From an uncultured Armatimonadia bacterium (GTDB taxonomy: Bacteria; Armatimonadota; Zipacnadia; CAVVLO01): a stretch of 64,000 bases of DNA. Below the pieces are notes generated by a model. That model ran no database searches, was not told the origin of the DNA, and saw only the letters and a list, made by a program, of their open reading frames with translations. The DNA is taken from positions 736,001 to 800,000 of the forward strand of contig CAVVLO010000001.1 in NCBI GenBank assembly GCA_963749155.1. Reading direction: 5' to 3'. Shown in pieces: positions 29,001-38,782 of the stretch; the stretch's first letter is position 1, and the number at the start of each line of letters is the position of its first letter. The translations under genes and the position numbers were made by a program.

Positions 29001-29564
29001 CAGATGGGCTGGATTACCATCGAGGACGCCACCGGCAGCCTGGATGTGACGTTATTCCCCAGAACCTGGGATCAATATAAAGATTATTGCAAGGAAGATC
29101 AGGTCGTAGTGGTGCGGGGCCGGCTGGAGCGAAAAATCCAGAACAACCTTCAAGAGGCCGAAGATGAAAGTGAAGGGGACTTTTCGGGCGGCTCGCTAAT
29201 GCTGACCTGCGACGAATTGTGGCCACTTGCACTAGCGCGGCCAGTCAGACGGGGGCTCAAGCGAGGCGGCAAGCCAAAGCCGAAGCCCGAACAGAAAAAA
29301 ACCAGTTCTACGGCGGTGCTCGATACAGGCGCGCCGGTACTGGTAGAGGTCTCGACCGAGCTTGCGGCCAGCAACCTGGAAGCCCTGGAAAACGCCCTGG
29401 CGGATTTCCCGAAAGGAAAACGAAAAGTGTTGCTGGCTGTGGTTTCCCAAACTGAGCGAGCTTGTGTACAATTGGCATCTGTCGAGGATTTCGACAACCG
29501 GCTAGTGGGGGAACTTGTACGAGTCTTTGGACGCGAGCAAGTAAGAATAGTTACTGGAGGCTAG
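26013..29564 (+). CDS. dnaE: DNA polymerase III alpha subunit
   Basis: [51 protein letters not shown]-terminal OB fold; TTG start. Confidence 0.98.
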   Translation: MSKPFVHLHTHTEYSLLDGAGRIFDLVARAKELGQPALAMTDHGVMHGLVEFYQECVKAGIKPILGCEVYLAIGAREEKVGKPGDFNHLVLYAKNREGYKNLVQVVSEGHLTGFYYKPRVDKALLREHSAGLMASSACLSGELSVLLARDDKAGAAKALEEYLAIFGEGNFFVEVMNHGIEGELKVIEPLRDLAYKYGVPVIATNDAHYVLKEDAPAQDLLMCIDMGKKLDDPDRMRFTGDSFYLKSYEEMLEVTGYEEELDNTLMVADKVDLELEFGEMRLPRFPVPDGLSEPDHLRKLTYAGLAQRYGERAEELRGQIDYELDIIIQKGYTAYFLIVADFVQYAKDIGMLVGPGRGSAAGCMVSYCLGITELDPTRFGLIFERFLNPDRKDPPDIDLDFPEDRRQEVIDYVVRKYGEDKVGQIATFGRMKARAAVRDAGRALDVPLPEVDKVAKLIPPNNTFDEALEASPELKELCSTNKQAHDLIERAKQIEGLARHSSRHAAGIIISAEPLADLAPMLRAEDGQPTVQFSMDACKEMGLLKMDFLGLRNLTLLRHALDLIEANHGVKLDLNELTLDDGPTLELFTRGEAIGLFQFESAGMRNLLKDFKPDRFEHLIMLNALYRPGPMRMIDQFVNRRHGREAVDYPAQVLQPVLEETYGIIVYQEQVMRIAAELAGFTMSQAETLMKAMGKKKQDLMDKARPQFVEGAKERGFTENHAIEIWNLMAKFAEYGFNKSHSAAYSLVAYQTAYLKAHYPAEYMAALITSVMGNHDKLKLYISETQRMGLKLLPPDINRSNWEFTTEEGSIRYGLGAVKGFGEAACQLIQEDRAETGDYHDLYELCERLAPKAVNRAALELLARAGALDGLGGHRMQLLAGVPEAFAFAQKRALEKAAGQLSLLGFASEESGEALVDQPPLPNLPQIPPEELAQIERELLGVRFSYDPLGNAMADLEKKTQLSLGELAEAKDVDRVVVGGVITDVRTTMTRSETPVQMGWITIEDATGSLDVTLFPRTWDQYKDYCKEDQVVVVRGRLERKIQNNLQEAEDESEGDFSGGSLMLTCDELWPLALARPVRRGLKRGGKPKPKPEQKKTSSTAVLDTGAPVLVEVSTELAASNLEALENALADFPKGKRKVLLAVVSQTERACVQLASVEDFDNRLVGELVRVFGREQVRIVTGG

Positions 29565-29568
29565 ACTA

Positions 29569-30927
29569 GTGGAAGATCGCATTTTCTTGCCAACAAGTGA
29601 GATGCCACGTCAGTGGTACAACATCCTGCCAGACCTGCCGGAGCCTTTGGCGCCGCCGCTGCACCCAGGCACGGGACAGCCGCTGACTCCGGACCTGCTT
29701 GAGCCAATTTTCCCGATGAACCTTATCGAGCAGGAGATGTGCCCAGCCCAGTGGGTAGACATTCCGGATGAAGTTATGGACCTGCTGGCAATTTGGCGCC
29801 CGACACCGCTCAGGCGGGCCCGGCGTCTGGAGAAGCTGCTTGGGACACCGGCGAAGATCTTCTTCAAGGACGAGTCACTTAGTCCTGCCGGTTCCCACAA
29901 GCCGAACACCGCGGTAGCGCAGGCGTATTACAACAAGCAGGCAGGCGTAAAGCGCATCTCGACCGAGACTGGCGCGGGCCAGTGGGGCAGCGCGCTGTCC
30001 TTTGCCTGCTCCATGATGGGCATCGAGTGCCGGGTATTTATGGTGCGTATCAGCTACGATCAGAAGCCCTATCGCAAGATCCTGATGGGTACCTGGGGTG
30101 GCGAGTGCATCCCCAGCCCGAGCGACAGGACCGAGATCGGCCGCAGCATTCTGGCGGAGCATCCTGACTCGCCAGGTAGCCTGGGCATCGCTATCTCAGA
30201 GGCCATCCAGGACATCATCCAGGATCCCAAGGCCAAGTACAGCCTGGGCAGCGTGCTAAACCACGTTATCCTGCATCAGACCGTAATAGGCCTGGAGGCG
30301 CGCAAGCAGCTTGCCAGCCTGGACCTGTATCCTGACGTGGTCATCGGTTGCGTAGGCGGCGGCAGCAACTTCGGCGGAATTGCGATGCCTTTCGCGCATG
30401 ACAAGATGCATGATGGCAAGAGTGATATGCGCATCGTGGCGGTCGAGCCCTCGAGTTGCCCGACACTGACGAAGGGCCTTTATGCCTATGACTTCGGCGA
30501 CACGGGCAAAATGACTCCGCTGCTGCTGATGTATACGCTGGGACACGATTTCGTGCCGCCGCCAGTACATTCGGGCGGGCTGCGTTATCACGGCACAGCG
30601 CCTATCATCGCCAACCTGGCGAAGAACGGCATTATCGAAGCCACCTCGTATATGCAGAACCCAGTGTTCGAGGCCGCGCTTACTTTCGCTCGGACCGAGG
30701 GTATGGTACCGGCGCCAGAGACTGCTCACGCAATCAAGGCGACCATCGACGAGGCGCTGAAGTGCAAGGAGACGGGCGAGGAGAAGACTATACTCTTCTG
30801 TTATAGCGGGCATGGGCTGCTTGATTTGGCGGCTTATGATGCTTATCTCTCAGGCCGGCTTCCCGACCTGGAATACGACCCGTCCGAGCTGGATCGCGCG
30901 TTGAACGCGCTTCCGAAGCTTGACTAG
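29569..30927 (+). CDS. trpB2: TrpB-like PLP enzyme (tryptophan synthase beta chain 2)
   Basis: [26 protein letters not shown] (PLP Lys), [26 protein letters not shown]. Confidence 0.95.
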   Translation: MEDRIFLPTSEMPRQWYNILPDLPEPLAPPLHPGTGQPLTPDLLEPIFPMNLIEQEMCPAQWVDIPDEVMDLLAIWRPTPLRRARRLEKLLGTPAKIFFKDESLSPAGSHKPNTAVAQAYYNKQAGVKRISTETGAGQWGSALSFACSMMGIECRVFMVRISYDQKPYRKILMGTWGGECIPSPSDRTEIGRSILAEHPDSPGSLGIAISEAIQDIIQDPKAKYSLGSVLNHVILHQTVIGLEARKQLASLDLYPDVVIGCVGGGSNFGGIAMPFAHDKMHDGKSDMRIVAVEPSSCPTLTKGLYAYDFGDTGKMTPLLLMYTLGHDFVPPPVHSGGLRYHGTAPIIANLAKNGIIEATSYMQNPVFEAALTFARTEGMVPAPETAHAIKATIDEALKCKETGEEKTILFCYSGHGLLDLAAYDAYLSGRLPDLEYDPSELDRALNALPKLD

Positions 30928-30962
30928 CTGACCCAGGCCCCTGAAGGGCCGAGGCGAAAACG

Positions 30963-32261
30963 TTGAGACTCATCGAAGCCAAAGCGGGCGCTTTGGCCGA
31001 GGCGATCGAGCGGATTCCGCGGCTTTCCACCGAGGAACTCGAGACCGTCGAGGAAAGCGTCCGGCAAATAGTAAGTGACGTGGCCGAGGGGGGCGATGAA
31101 GCCCTCCTCGGCTGGGTCCACAAGTTTGACTGGCCCGCGCCGAGTGTCTGCGCGCTCGCAGCCAGCCCTGCCGAATTTGAAGAGGCCGATGCTGCTCTTG
31201 ATGAGGAATTGAAAGCGGCCCTCCGTCAGGCTGCCGAAAATCTTTGGCGCTATCAGGAGCGGATGGTCGGGGAGACCTGGCTGGAAGAATTCGAGCCAGG
31301 GGTCAAACTCGGTCAGCATGTGGTGCCAGTGGACAGGGCAGGCCTGTATGCGCCAGGCGGCACGGCGGGTTATCCCTCTACCGTGCTGATGACCGCCATA
31401 CCGGCCAAAGTAGCTGGCGTCGAGTCTGTGGCCCTGGCAAGTCCACCTGACAAAACTGGCAAGCTGCGCCCGGAGATCCTTTTTGCTGCGCGGCTGTGCG
31501 GGGTGGACGAGGTCTGGAAAATGGGCGGGGCGCAGGCTATTGCCGCGCTTGCATATGGTACCGAGACTCTCCGCAAGGTAGATACGCTGGTTGGGCCGGG
31601 CAGGCTTGCCGTAACAATGGCCAAGAAGCTGGTTTATGGCCAGGTAGGTATTGACGGGCTGGCGGGGCCAACCGAGATATTGATAATTGCCGACTGCGAA
31701 GCGCCTGATGCTTTCGTGGCCGCTGATGTGCTGGGCCAGGCCGAACACGCGCCTGATGCCCGCTGCACGGTTGTAGTGACTGACCTTTCACAGGCGCTGC
31801 GCATCGAGGCTGAAGTGGGCAGCCAGCTTGGGAAGCTGCCGCGAGCCGAGATCGCGCGCGAGGCGCTGGACAGGCTGGGAGCTATTGTAGTGGTGGCTTC
31901 TCTTGAAGAGGCCTGCCAGGTTGCCAATGCGCTAGCGCCCGAGCATCTTGAAGTGCTGGTGCGTAAACCGCTGGAGCTGGTGCCACTGCTCAGGCATGCG
32001 GGAGCTATCTTCCTGGGCGACTGGAGCTCGGAATCGCTCGGAGACTATTGGGCCGGGCCAAGTCACGTGCTGCCGACCACCGCAACGGCAAGGTTTACCA
32101 GCCCGCTATCGGCAGCAGATTTCACCAGGCGCATCTCGCTGATCCAGTACAACAAGCAGGCGGCTCAGGCCGCGGCGCAAGGCACAGCCGCGATAGCGAA
32201 AGCAGAAGGCTTTGACGCTCATGCGCGAGCGGCGCTTATGAGACTGGAGAAAGACCAGTAA
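30963..32261 (+). CDS. hisD: Histidinol dehydrogenase
   Basis: YAPGG..YPSTVLM, GGAQAIAALAYGTE, GIDGLAGPTE, QAEH, APEHL, GDYWAGPSHVLPT. Confidence 0.96.
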   Translation: MRLIEAKAGALAEAIERIPRLSTEELETVEESVRQIVSDVAEGGDEALLGWVHKFDWPAPSVCALAASPAEFEEADAALDEELKAALRQAAENLWRYQERMVGETWLEEFEPGVKLGQHVVPVDRAGLYAPGGTAGYPSTVLMTAIPAKVAGVESVALASPPDKTGKLRPEILFAARLCGVDEVWKMGGAQAIAALAYGTETLRKVDTLVGPGRLAVTMAKKLVYGQVGIDGLAGPTEILIIADCEAPDAFVAADVLGQAEHAPDARCTVVVTDLSQALRIEAEVGSQLGKLPRAEIAREALDRLGAIVVVASLEEACQVANALAPEHLEVLVRKPLELVPLLRHAGAIFLGDWSSESLGDYWAGPSHVLPTTATARFTSPLSAADFTRRISLIQYNKQAAQAAAQGTAAIAKAEGFDAHARAALMRLEKDQ

Positions 32262-32274
32262 GGGGGTACTCCCT

Positions 32275-32862
32275 ATGGCGCGTCTTTCATCCCTCGAACG
32301 CAGAACCAAAGAGACAGATATCACCATCGAGCTGAACCTGGATGGCAGTGGCAAAGGCGACATTGTCACTCCAAGTGGCTTCTTCAGCCATATGCTGGGA
32401 GCGCTGGCCAGGCACAGCGGCTTCGACCTGACCTGTCGGGTGCAGGGCGATGTGGACGTGGACCTGCATCACACGGTGGAGGACACCGGGCTGGTGCTGG
32501 GCCAGGTGCTGCTGCAGGCGCTTGGCGACAAGACGGGCATCGAGCGGTATGGCCAATCTTTGTTGCCGATGGATGACGCCCTCGTGCTGGTCGCGGTGGA
32601 TCTCTCTGGGCGTCCATATTTTGCCTCTGACCTGAGTTTCCCTCAGGAGCGCGCCGGTGAGTTCCCCGCAGTGCTTGCACTGGAGTTCTTCCGGGCTTTC
32701 TCACAGGAGGGCAAGTTCAACCTGCACCTGGTCAGTTTTCGCGGGCAGGAGACGCATCACTTGCTGGAAGCGGCCTTCAAGGGGCTTGCCAGAGCGCTTA
32801 AACAGGCGGCAGCCAGTACCGGCTCGGAAGGCGATGTGCCTAGCACCAAGGGTGTGCTGTAA
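32275..32862 (+). CDS. hisB: Imidazoleglycerol-phosphate dehydratase
   Basis: RRTKETDI, FFSHML, DLHHTVED, PMDDAL, HHLLEAAFKG, PSTKGVL. Confidence 0.97.
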   Translation: MARLSSLERRTKETDITIELNLDGSGKGDIVTPSGFFSHMLGALARHSGFDLTCRVQGDVDVDLHHTVEDTGLVLGQVLLQALGDKTGIERYGQSLLPMDDALVLVAVDLSGRPYFASDLSFPQERAGEFPAVLALEFFRAFSQEGKFNLHLVSFRGQETHHLLEAAFKGLARALKQAAASTGSEGDVPSTKGVL

Positions 32863-32886
32863 CGCGCAGAAGGAGACCTCTGCCTG

Positions 32887-34368
32887 ATGAAGCGGGTGCT
32901 CACGCTCGACCTCGGCACGACCGCCTGCAAGGCCTGTTGTTTCGACCTCGAGGGGGAGCTGCTGGCTTTTGGCAGTTCCCCTTATCCTACCGATTACCCC
33001 GAACCTGGCTGGGCCGAGCAGTCGGCCGATGACTGGTGGCTGGCCGCGAAAACGGCGCTTGGACAAGCTCTTTCGCAGCTACAAGACCGCGACCACTTCG
33101 CAGCGATTGGGCTATCTTCCCAGAGAGAAACCGCTGTGCTGCTGGGAGCTTCCGGCGAACAACTTGGGCCTGCGCTCGTGTGGATGGACCGCAGATCGGC
33201 GGAGCAGGCCAATGAGCTTGCGGAAAGGTTTGGCAGGCTGGAGCTGCAACAACGCACGGGGCTGGTGCCAGATGCCACGTTCACCGCAACCAAGTTGCTC
33301 TGGCTGAAACAGAACGCCCCCGAGCAGCTTGCCCGGATGGCGACCTTCCTGCAGCCGAAGGATTATCTGGCTTTTCGGATGACCGGGCAGGCGACCTGCG
33401 ACCTCACCCTGGCGAGTCGCACCCTGATGCTGGACTTGCGTCTGAGGCAGTGGGATCCCGAGCTTGTAGAGGCTGCTGGCGCGCGCGAGGACCAATTGCC
33501 AAGGCTTGTGGACTCGACCGAGATCGTGGGAGAGCTAGTGCCAGAGGTGGCTACCGAGCTAGGCCTGCCGGCGGGGCTGCCAGTTGTCTCGGGCGCGGGG
33601 GACAGAGCTTGCGAGGCAGTTGGCGCGATGACTTCAACAGGGCGCGCAATGGAATCAACAGGCACCACGACCAATGTCTCGCTGCCGGTGGCCAGGTTGC
33701 CAGAGGCGCTGGATCCACGGGTGATCTGCTCGGTCCACGCGCTGCCAGGCCACTGGCTGGTGGAGCAAGGAATGTCAGCTACCGGTAGCCTGATGAAATG
33801 GCTGCGCGACGAGTTGTACGGCGGTGCAGCGGTTGCAGATTACGACGAAATTGATACTCAAAGCGCAGCTATACCGCCGGGCGCAGAGGGCCTGGTGATT
33901 TTGCCTTTCTTTATGGGGGCGCGTTCTACCAGGTGGAATCCGGCCGCGCGCGGCCTTATCAGCGGGCTCAGCCTGGGGCATACAAAGGCGCATCTGGCGC
34001 GGGCCGCAAGAGAGGGCATCGCCTGCGAGATTGCGGCTTGTTTCGAGCTGCTTGCAGGTATGGGTTATGCGCCTGGACAGGTTGCGATGATGGGCGGGGC
34101 ATCGGTCAGTGACCTGTTCGCCAAGATAAAAGCCTCGATGGCCAACCGGCCCTTCCTTCGGTTGAAACAGGCAGAAGCCTCATCAGTGGGCGCGGCGGCA
34201 CTCGCTTTCGCTGGGGTCGGACTGCTGGAGGCGCCGCTAGAATATGCCCGAAGGGCGAATCCCGTGGTGGCGCACTTCGATCCTGTAGATGAATGGGTGG
34301 AGCTATATGGCGACCTCAGAGCCAGATATGAGGCGCTGTGGGCAGCAAATGCGCCTCTTTTCGAATAA
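32887..34368 (+). CDS. FGGY-family carbohydrate kinase (xylulokinase-like)
   Basis: LDLGTTACK, PGWAEQ, WMDRRS, KLLWL, PKDYL, GAGD, PFFMGARS, EGIA. Confidence 0.9.
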   Translation: MKRVLTLDLGTTACKACCFDLEGELLAFGSSPYPTDYPEPGWAEQSADDWWLAAKTALGQALSQLQDRDHFAAIGLSSQRETAVLLGASGEQLGPALVWMDRRSAEQANELAERFGRLELQQRTGLVPDATFTATKLLWLKQNAPEQLARMATFLQPKDYLAFRMTGQATCDLTLASRTLMLDLRLRQWDPELVEAAGAREDQLPRLVDSTEIVGELVPEVATELGLPAGLPVVSGAGDRACEAVGAMTSTGRAMESTGTTTNVSLPVARLPEALDPRVICSVHALPGHWLVEQGMSATGSLMKWLRDELYGGAAVADYDEIDTQSAAIPPGAEGLVILPFFMGARSTRWNPAARGLISGLSLGHTKAHLARAAREGIACEIAACFELLAGMGYAPGQVAMMGGASVSDLFAKIKASMANRPFLRLKQAEASSVGAAALAFAGVGLLEAPLEYARRANPVVAHFDPVDEWVELYGDLRARYEALWAANAPLFE

Positions 34369-34377
34369 CAGAGGGGC

Positions 34378-35064
34378 TTAATGGCCGCCCGAGAGCAGCT
34401 TTGCGACCCGGCGCAGTCTGCGAGAGAGCATCCGGCCTGGCGGTTCCTGACTCTCGAGCAATTCGTCATGCGGGGTCAGTAAATCGTTCCCGCAGAGACG
34501 CTTCCACTTGGGGATTGCGCGTCTGTCTTCGCGTTGCCACCAGGAGAGTAGCAGCTTGAGCAGAGGGTGGGTCGGCCAGTTGGCAAAGTGCATTGACGTG
34601 CCCCAGTCGATAAAGGCGATTTTTGCCTCGGGAGTCACCATAACATTGGCGGCGCGCCTGAGGTCCCCATGGGCGATGGGGCGCTGGTGAAGTGATTCTA
34701 CCGCGGTCTCCATCTGGACGAGAGCGCGACGTTTGAGGGCTTCGTCTTTCAGATTGGCGAAAAGTGTGCCTTCGTAATATTCCATCACGAAGGCCCAGGG
34801 ATCGAGTAAACCGAGAAAGGCAGGGGCGAAGTCGACCTCGCCCAGGCGAGTATAAGCGCAGGCTTCCAGCCAGATGGAAAGGCGCCCGTAAGTGGCGCGG
34901 AGTAAAGCTGGCATCCGGCTGACATCTTTTATGACATAGCGCCGGCCATGCAACTGGGCAAGCCAAATTTCCGGCTTGGTATGGTCGCCTTGACTAAGCA
35001 CTCGCACCCTGGCAGCTTCCAAAGCTTTTCTGCCAAAGGGCGCGCTGGGAAGTGTAGTTTGCAT
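34378..35064 (-). CDS. Small Kdo/RIO-like kinase
   Basis: YVIKD, FVMEY, IAHGDLRRAANV, IDWG kinase motifs. Confidence 0.75.
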   Translation of the reverse strand: MQTTLPSAPFGRKALEAARVRVLSQGDHTKPEIWLAQLHGRRYVIKDVSRMPALLRATYGRLSIWLEACAYTRLGEVDFAPAFLGLLDPWAFVMEYYEGTLFANLKDEALKRRALVQMETAVESLHQRPIAHGDLRRAANVMVTPEAKIAFIDWGTSMHFANWPTHPLLKLLLSWWQREDRRAIPKWKRLCGNDLLTPHDELLESQEPPGRMLSRRLRRVAKLLSGGH

Positions 35065-35183
35065 TGGCGCCTCCGCCCCTGATGATACTAGTGGCTTGCC
35101 GGAGTGTCAAAAGGTCACGGGTACCTTGTCTGATGTGCTATCCTTACGTTAAGTGAAGTTTCTGCCTTCTGGAGGCGTCTTTT

Positions 35184-36839
35184 ATGAAACTTAAGCTGCT
35201 GTGCGCTTCTGCCCTGCTGGGGCTTGCTGCTCTGGCCGGGGCGCAAATCGATGTCGCGGACCTGGCGCGCACCGGGCGCACAACTGAACCAACGGCCCTG
35301 TATACGGGAGCACTTGCAAGCGCGCCGACTGCAGGCAAACTTGACACTAACACCTTCTTCACGGTGCTCAACAAGCAGTCAGGCTGGTGGTATGCCGATG
35401 CGCTGGCGACCCTCACGAATCCAACCGGCGACTCCCTTGCCAAGGTCAGGGGTTATATCCCTGGATGGCAGGCAACGGTGGGACGCGAGGCAGTGATGGC
35501 TTTCAGCCTGTCGGGCGAACTGGTTTCGCCCCAAAGCCGGATCGGCCTGCGCAAAGTTTATTCCTGTGGGCCCCTGGTAGAAGATTTTAATGGCGATGGT
35601 GTGCTGGAGACAGTTGTCGGCGCAGTGGACGGCAGTCTGCTTTGCCTGTCTCCAACACGCGGTTCTGCCCTGTGGCTTGTGAAACTGGCGAAGAAGCCTC
35701 AATCGCTGGTAGCTTTCGGTGCGCCTCGTAGTGGCGCCGGTGGCGGTGGCACGACCTCTTTCGGCATCCAGGGCGGCTTGCCGGTTTCGGACACAGCCGC
35801 TGCCGCTCAGGCGCAGGCAGGACTATCCGAGTGGATTGCCCTGAAGCAGGCGCTGGATAATCCGATCTATTACAATGTCGCAGCCACTGACGGCAGTCAG
35901 GTGAAGGCTTTCGATGGCAACTCGGGCGACTTGCTTTGGACTTATGGCCTGGCTCAGGGGGGCCCTGTGCGACTTGCAGGGGGCGGATTGCTTCCTGCCC
36001 TCCTGGTGGCTAGTGAAAAAGCTGGCTTGCTGGCGTTGGACCAGTCCACAGGTTTGCCTCTGTGGCAGCGTCCGGACCTCAAACCTGCCGCCAAGGCCCA
36101 GCCTGTGGTGGGCGATCTGGCCGGCCTGGGAGAGCTTTCGGCAGCTATCGCGCTTGCAGGCGGCGGCACCATCTGCGTGCGCCTGGCTGATGGAGCCGGG
36201 ATATGGCGAGCCGCTCCAACCTTGCAAAATCCTGTTTTCGAGCCGGGCCGGTCGGTAACTGATTATTTGATGGCGGGCTATGACCCTGCGCTCAAGGCGC
36301 TGGTAGGCCTGAGAACAGGCGATGGGAGCCTTGCCTGGACTACCCCTGTTGGCGCGGAAGTAGTGGGCCTCTCGGCGGGCGATATTGATTATGATGGCGC
36401 CACTGAGCTGGTGGCTTCCCTTGCAACAAAAGCAAGCGGCCTGCTGTGCTGCGACCTTTGGTCAGGCGCAATCAAATACCGGGTAACTCCGCCAGCCCCT
36501 CCGACATCGCCGGCGATACTCGGCAATCTGGATTATGATTCCAAGGTCGAGGCGCTGGTGAATACCCAGTCTGGTCTGGCGGCCTGCTATCTCCCTTCGG
36601 GTACCCTGGCCTGGCAGCTTTGGGTGGGAGGCGATGCACTGGCGCCTGCCATCGGAGAGTTCGACAGTGACGGGCTGACGGACATCCTTGCGCTCGGTCC
36701 GCCGGATGGACTCTTCTGGTTGAAAGCCTCGCCCAGTCCGCGAGTGTATCTCTGGGCATGCGCGCGCGGAGATGCCTTCAATTCAGGCAATGTAATGTGG
36801 GCGATGGCTTATGGCGAGCGCCTTATAGAAGCGCGCTAG
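35184..36839 (+). CDS. Secreted PQQ-like beta-propeller / FG-GAP (Ca-binding) repeat protein
   Basis: Signal peptide; repeats DFNGDGVLE, DIDYDGATE, NLDYDSKVE, EFDSDGLTD and AFDGNSGDLLW, ALDQSTGLPLW. Confidence 0.75.
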   Translation: MKLKLLCASALLGLAALAGAQIDVADLARTGRTTEPTALYTGALASAPTAGKLDTNTFFTVLNKQSGWWYADALATLTNPTGDSLAKVRGYIPGWQATVGREAVMAFSLSGELVSPQSRIGLRKVYSCGPLVEDFNGDGVLETVVGAVDGSLLCLSPTRGSALWLVKLAKKPQSLVAFGAPRSGAGGGGTTSFGIQGGLPVSDTAAAAQAQAGLSEWIALKQALDNPIYYNVAATDGSQVKAFDGNSGDLLWTYGLAQGGPVRLAGGGLLPALLVASEKAGLLALDQSTGLPLWQRPDLKPAAKAQPVVGDLAGLGELSAAIALAGGGTICVRLADGAGIWRAAPTLQNPVFEPGRSVTDYLMAGYDPALKALVGLRTGDGSLAWTTPVGAEVVGLSAGDIDYDGATELVASLATKASGLLCCDLWSGAIKYRVTPPAPPTSPAILGNLDYDSKVEALVNTQSGLAACYLPSGTLAWQLWVGGDALAPAIGEFDSDGLTDILALGPPDGLFWLKASPSPRVYLWACARGDAFNSGNVMWAMAYGERLIEAR

Positions 36840-36872
36840 GGAGAACTTGCCTGGTGTGAGGTCAATTTATAG

Positions 36873-37494
36873 ATGGTCCAAAGGCTAAAATCGGTGCTGC
36901 TAGTGCTGTCTGGCCCTTCCGGGGTCGGCAAGCGCACTGTGCGAGACGAGATGAAGAAACTCGTCCCGCAGCTTCCGGTTAGCATCTCTTGTACCACTCG
37001 TCCACTGAGGCAGGAAGATAACGAAGTGGATGGCATGCATTACTGGTTCCTCACTCGCGAGGCCTTCGAGACAGCTATCGAGGCGGGGGAGTTTCTCGAA
37101 TGGGCCGAGGTCGCGGGTAATCTCTACGGCACCCGGAAGGCCCAGGTGGACGCGCGACTAGAAGCCGGAGAGGACTCTGCTGCTGGAGCTGGACGTCCAG
37201 GGCGGCGCCAGTATGAAGCGGCTGTATCCTGATGCGGTGCTCGTGTTTGTGATGCCGCCGGATTGGGCCACTTTGGAGAGCAGGCTGATAAATCGGGGCA
37301 GCGAGGACGCTGCCAGCCTGCAGCGCAGACTCGGGATCGCAAGAGACGAACTGCGGTTCGGTTTCGAGCATTATGAATACCTAATCGTGAACCATACCGA
37401 CCGGGCTGAAGAGGCCGCGCGCGAAGTTGCTGCGATTTATCACGCCGAGTGCGCCCGACGCACTCGCCTGGGCTGGAGCGAAGTGGATGGTTGA
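36873..37494 (+). CDS. gmk: Guanylate kinase; 1-nt indel at ~37176
   Basis: SGPSGVGK P-loop, SCTTRP.R, FLEWAEVAGNLYGT, then in the shifted frame LLLELDVQG, FVMPP, RL.NRG.E. Confidence 0.93.
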
Positions 37495-38782
37495 ATCACC
37501 GTTGCAGTTCTTGCCTCTCAGGGAGCGCCATATCGTAGTTGGAGTTTCGAGCTCCATCGCGGCTTACAAGGCGTGCGAGCTGGTGCGTCAGCTCTTGAAG
37601 CGCGGCGCCGAAGTGCGCGTGGTGATGACCCGTAACGCCACCCAGCTTGTGGGGCCGAAGACCTTTGAAGCCCTTAGTGGTTATCCGGTGGGCATCGACA
37701 CCTTCGATACGAACCGGTGGCAGGACGACCATATCGGGCTGGCGGACTGGGCCGACTGTTTTGTGGTGGCGCCCGCGACGGCCAATGTAATTGGAAAACT
37801 TGCCGCTGGTCTGGCGGATGACCTGCTGACGACTGCCTCGCTTGCGATGACCTGTCCAAGGGCTATTGCTCCGGCGATGAACGAGCGGATGTATCTCAAC
37901 CCCCAGGTGCAGGAGAACCTTAGGCATCTTTCCCAGCACGGCTGGACAATTATCGAGCCTGGCACCGGCTTGCTTGCTTGCGGTAGCAGCGGGCCAGGGC
38001 GGCTTGCAGAGCCTGAAGACATCGCCGATATCGTGCAGGCGCTGGCCTTCGATCAGAGAGACTTCAGTGGCGCCAGGATTACCGTCACCGCTGGGCCAAC
38101 TTACGAAGCGCTGGACCCAGTCCGGTTTATAGGGAATCGTTCCTCTGGAAAGATGGGTTATGCGCTGGCCAGGGCCGCCAGGGATCGAGGCGCGCTGGTA
38201 ACGCTTATCTCGGGTCCCGTGGCTTTAACGCCACCGGCCGGGGTGCGTTTTATCGCAGCGGGCACAGCCAGAGAGATGCTGGCCGCTTCGTTAAAAGAGG
38301 CTAACGAAGCCGACGCCTTCATCGCTTGCGCCGCAGTTGGTGATTTTCGCGCGGCTTATCCCTCCGACACCAAACTAAAGCGCGAACAGGGCGAGCTTGC
38401 CATCGTGGTGCAGCCTAATCCTGATATCGTGGCTCAGGTCGCGCGCACCTTCCCGGAACTGGTCAAGGTCGGTTTCGCAGCCGAGAGCGACGATCTGCTG
38501 GCAAACGCCCAGGCAAAGCTCGCTTCCAAGCAACTCGATCTTATAGTGGCTAATGACATCTCGGCTTCTGATTCAGGTTTCGAAGTAGACACCAACCGCG
38601 CCCTGCTGATTGCACCTGGACTTGAGCCGATCGAGACAGAATTGCTTCCTAAAGAGGCCCTTGCCCACCTGGTGCTTGACCGCGTGGTGGAGCTGCTGGT
38701 GCGCAAAGGGCGTATCAAACGCTGGGCACTGACTTCTGGAGAGGCGGAGACAAACTCGGGCCCAACCGAGTCTGAGGGCTGA
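37487..38782 (+). CDS. coaBC: Bifunctional phosphopantothenoylcysteine decarboxylase/synthetase
   Basis: SIAAYKA, APATAN, PAMN, LACG..GPGRL, TAGPT.E.LDPVRFIGNRSSGKMG, GFAAES, IVAND. Confidence 0.96.
   Translation: MVESPLQFLPLRERHIVVGVSSSIAAYKACELVRQLLKRGAEVRVVMTRNATQLVGPKTFEALSGYPVGIDTFDTNRWQDDHIGLADWADCFVVAPATANVIGKLAAGLADDLLTTASLAMTCPRAIAPAMNERMYLNPQVQENLRHLSQHGWTIIEPGTGLLACGSSGPGRLAEPEDIADIVQALAFDQRDFSGARITVTAGPTYEALDPVRFIGNRSSGKMGYALARAARDRGALVTLISGPVALTPPAGVRFIAAGTAREMLAASLKEANEADAFIACAAVGDFRAAYPSDTKLKREQGELAIVVQPNPDIVAQVARTFPELVKVGFAAESDDLLANAQAKLASKQLDLIVANDISASDSGFEVDTNRALLIAPGLEPIETELLPKEALAHLVLDRVVELLVRKGRIKRWALTSGEAETNSGPTESEG

Noticed and set aside
26013..29564. Intein in dnaE
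   Set aside because: Normal length (1183 aa) with contiguous motifs and no intein-like termini.
37165..37215. Programmed ribosomal frameshift in gmk (and in priA at ~40136)
   Set aside because: No slippery heptamer or stimulatory structure seen; one of many scattered indels.
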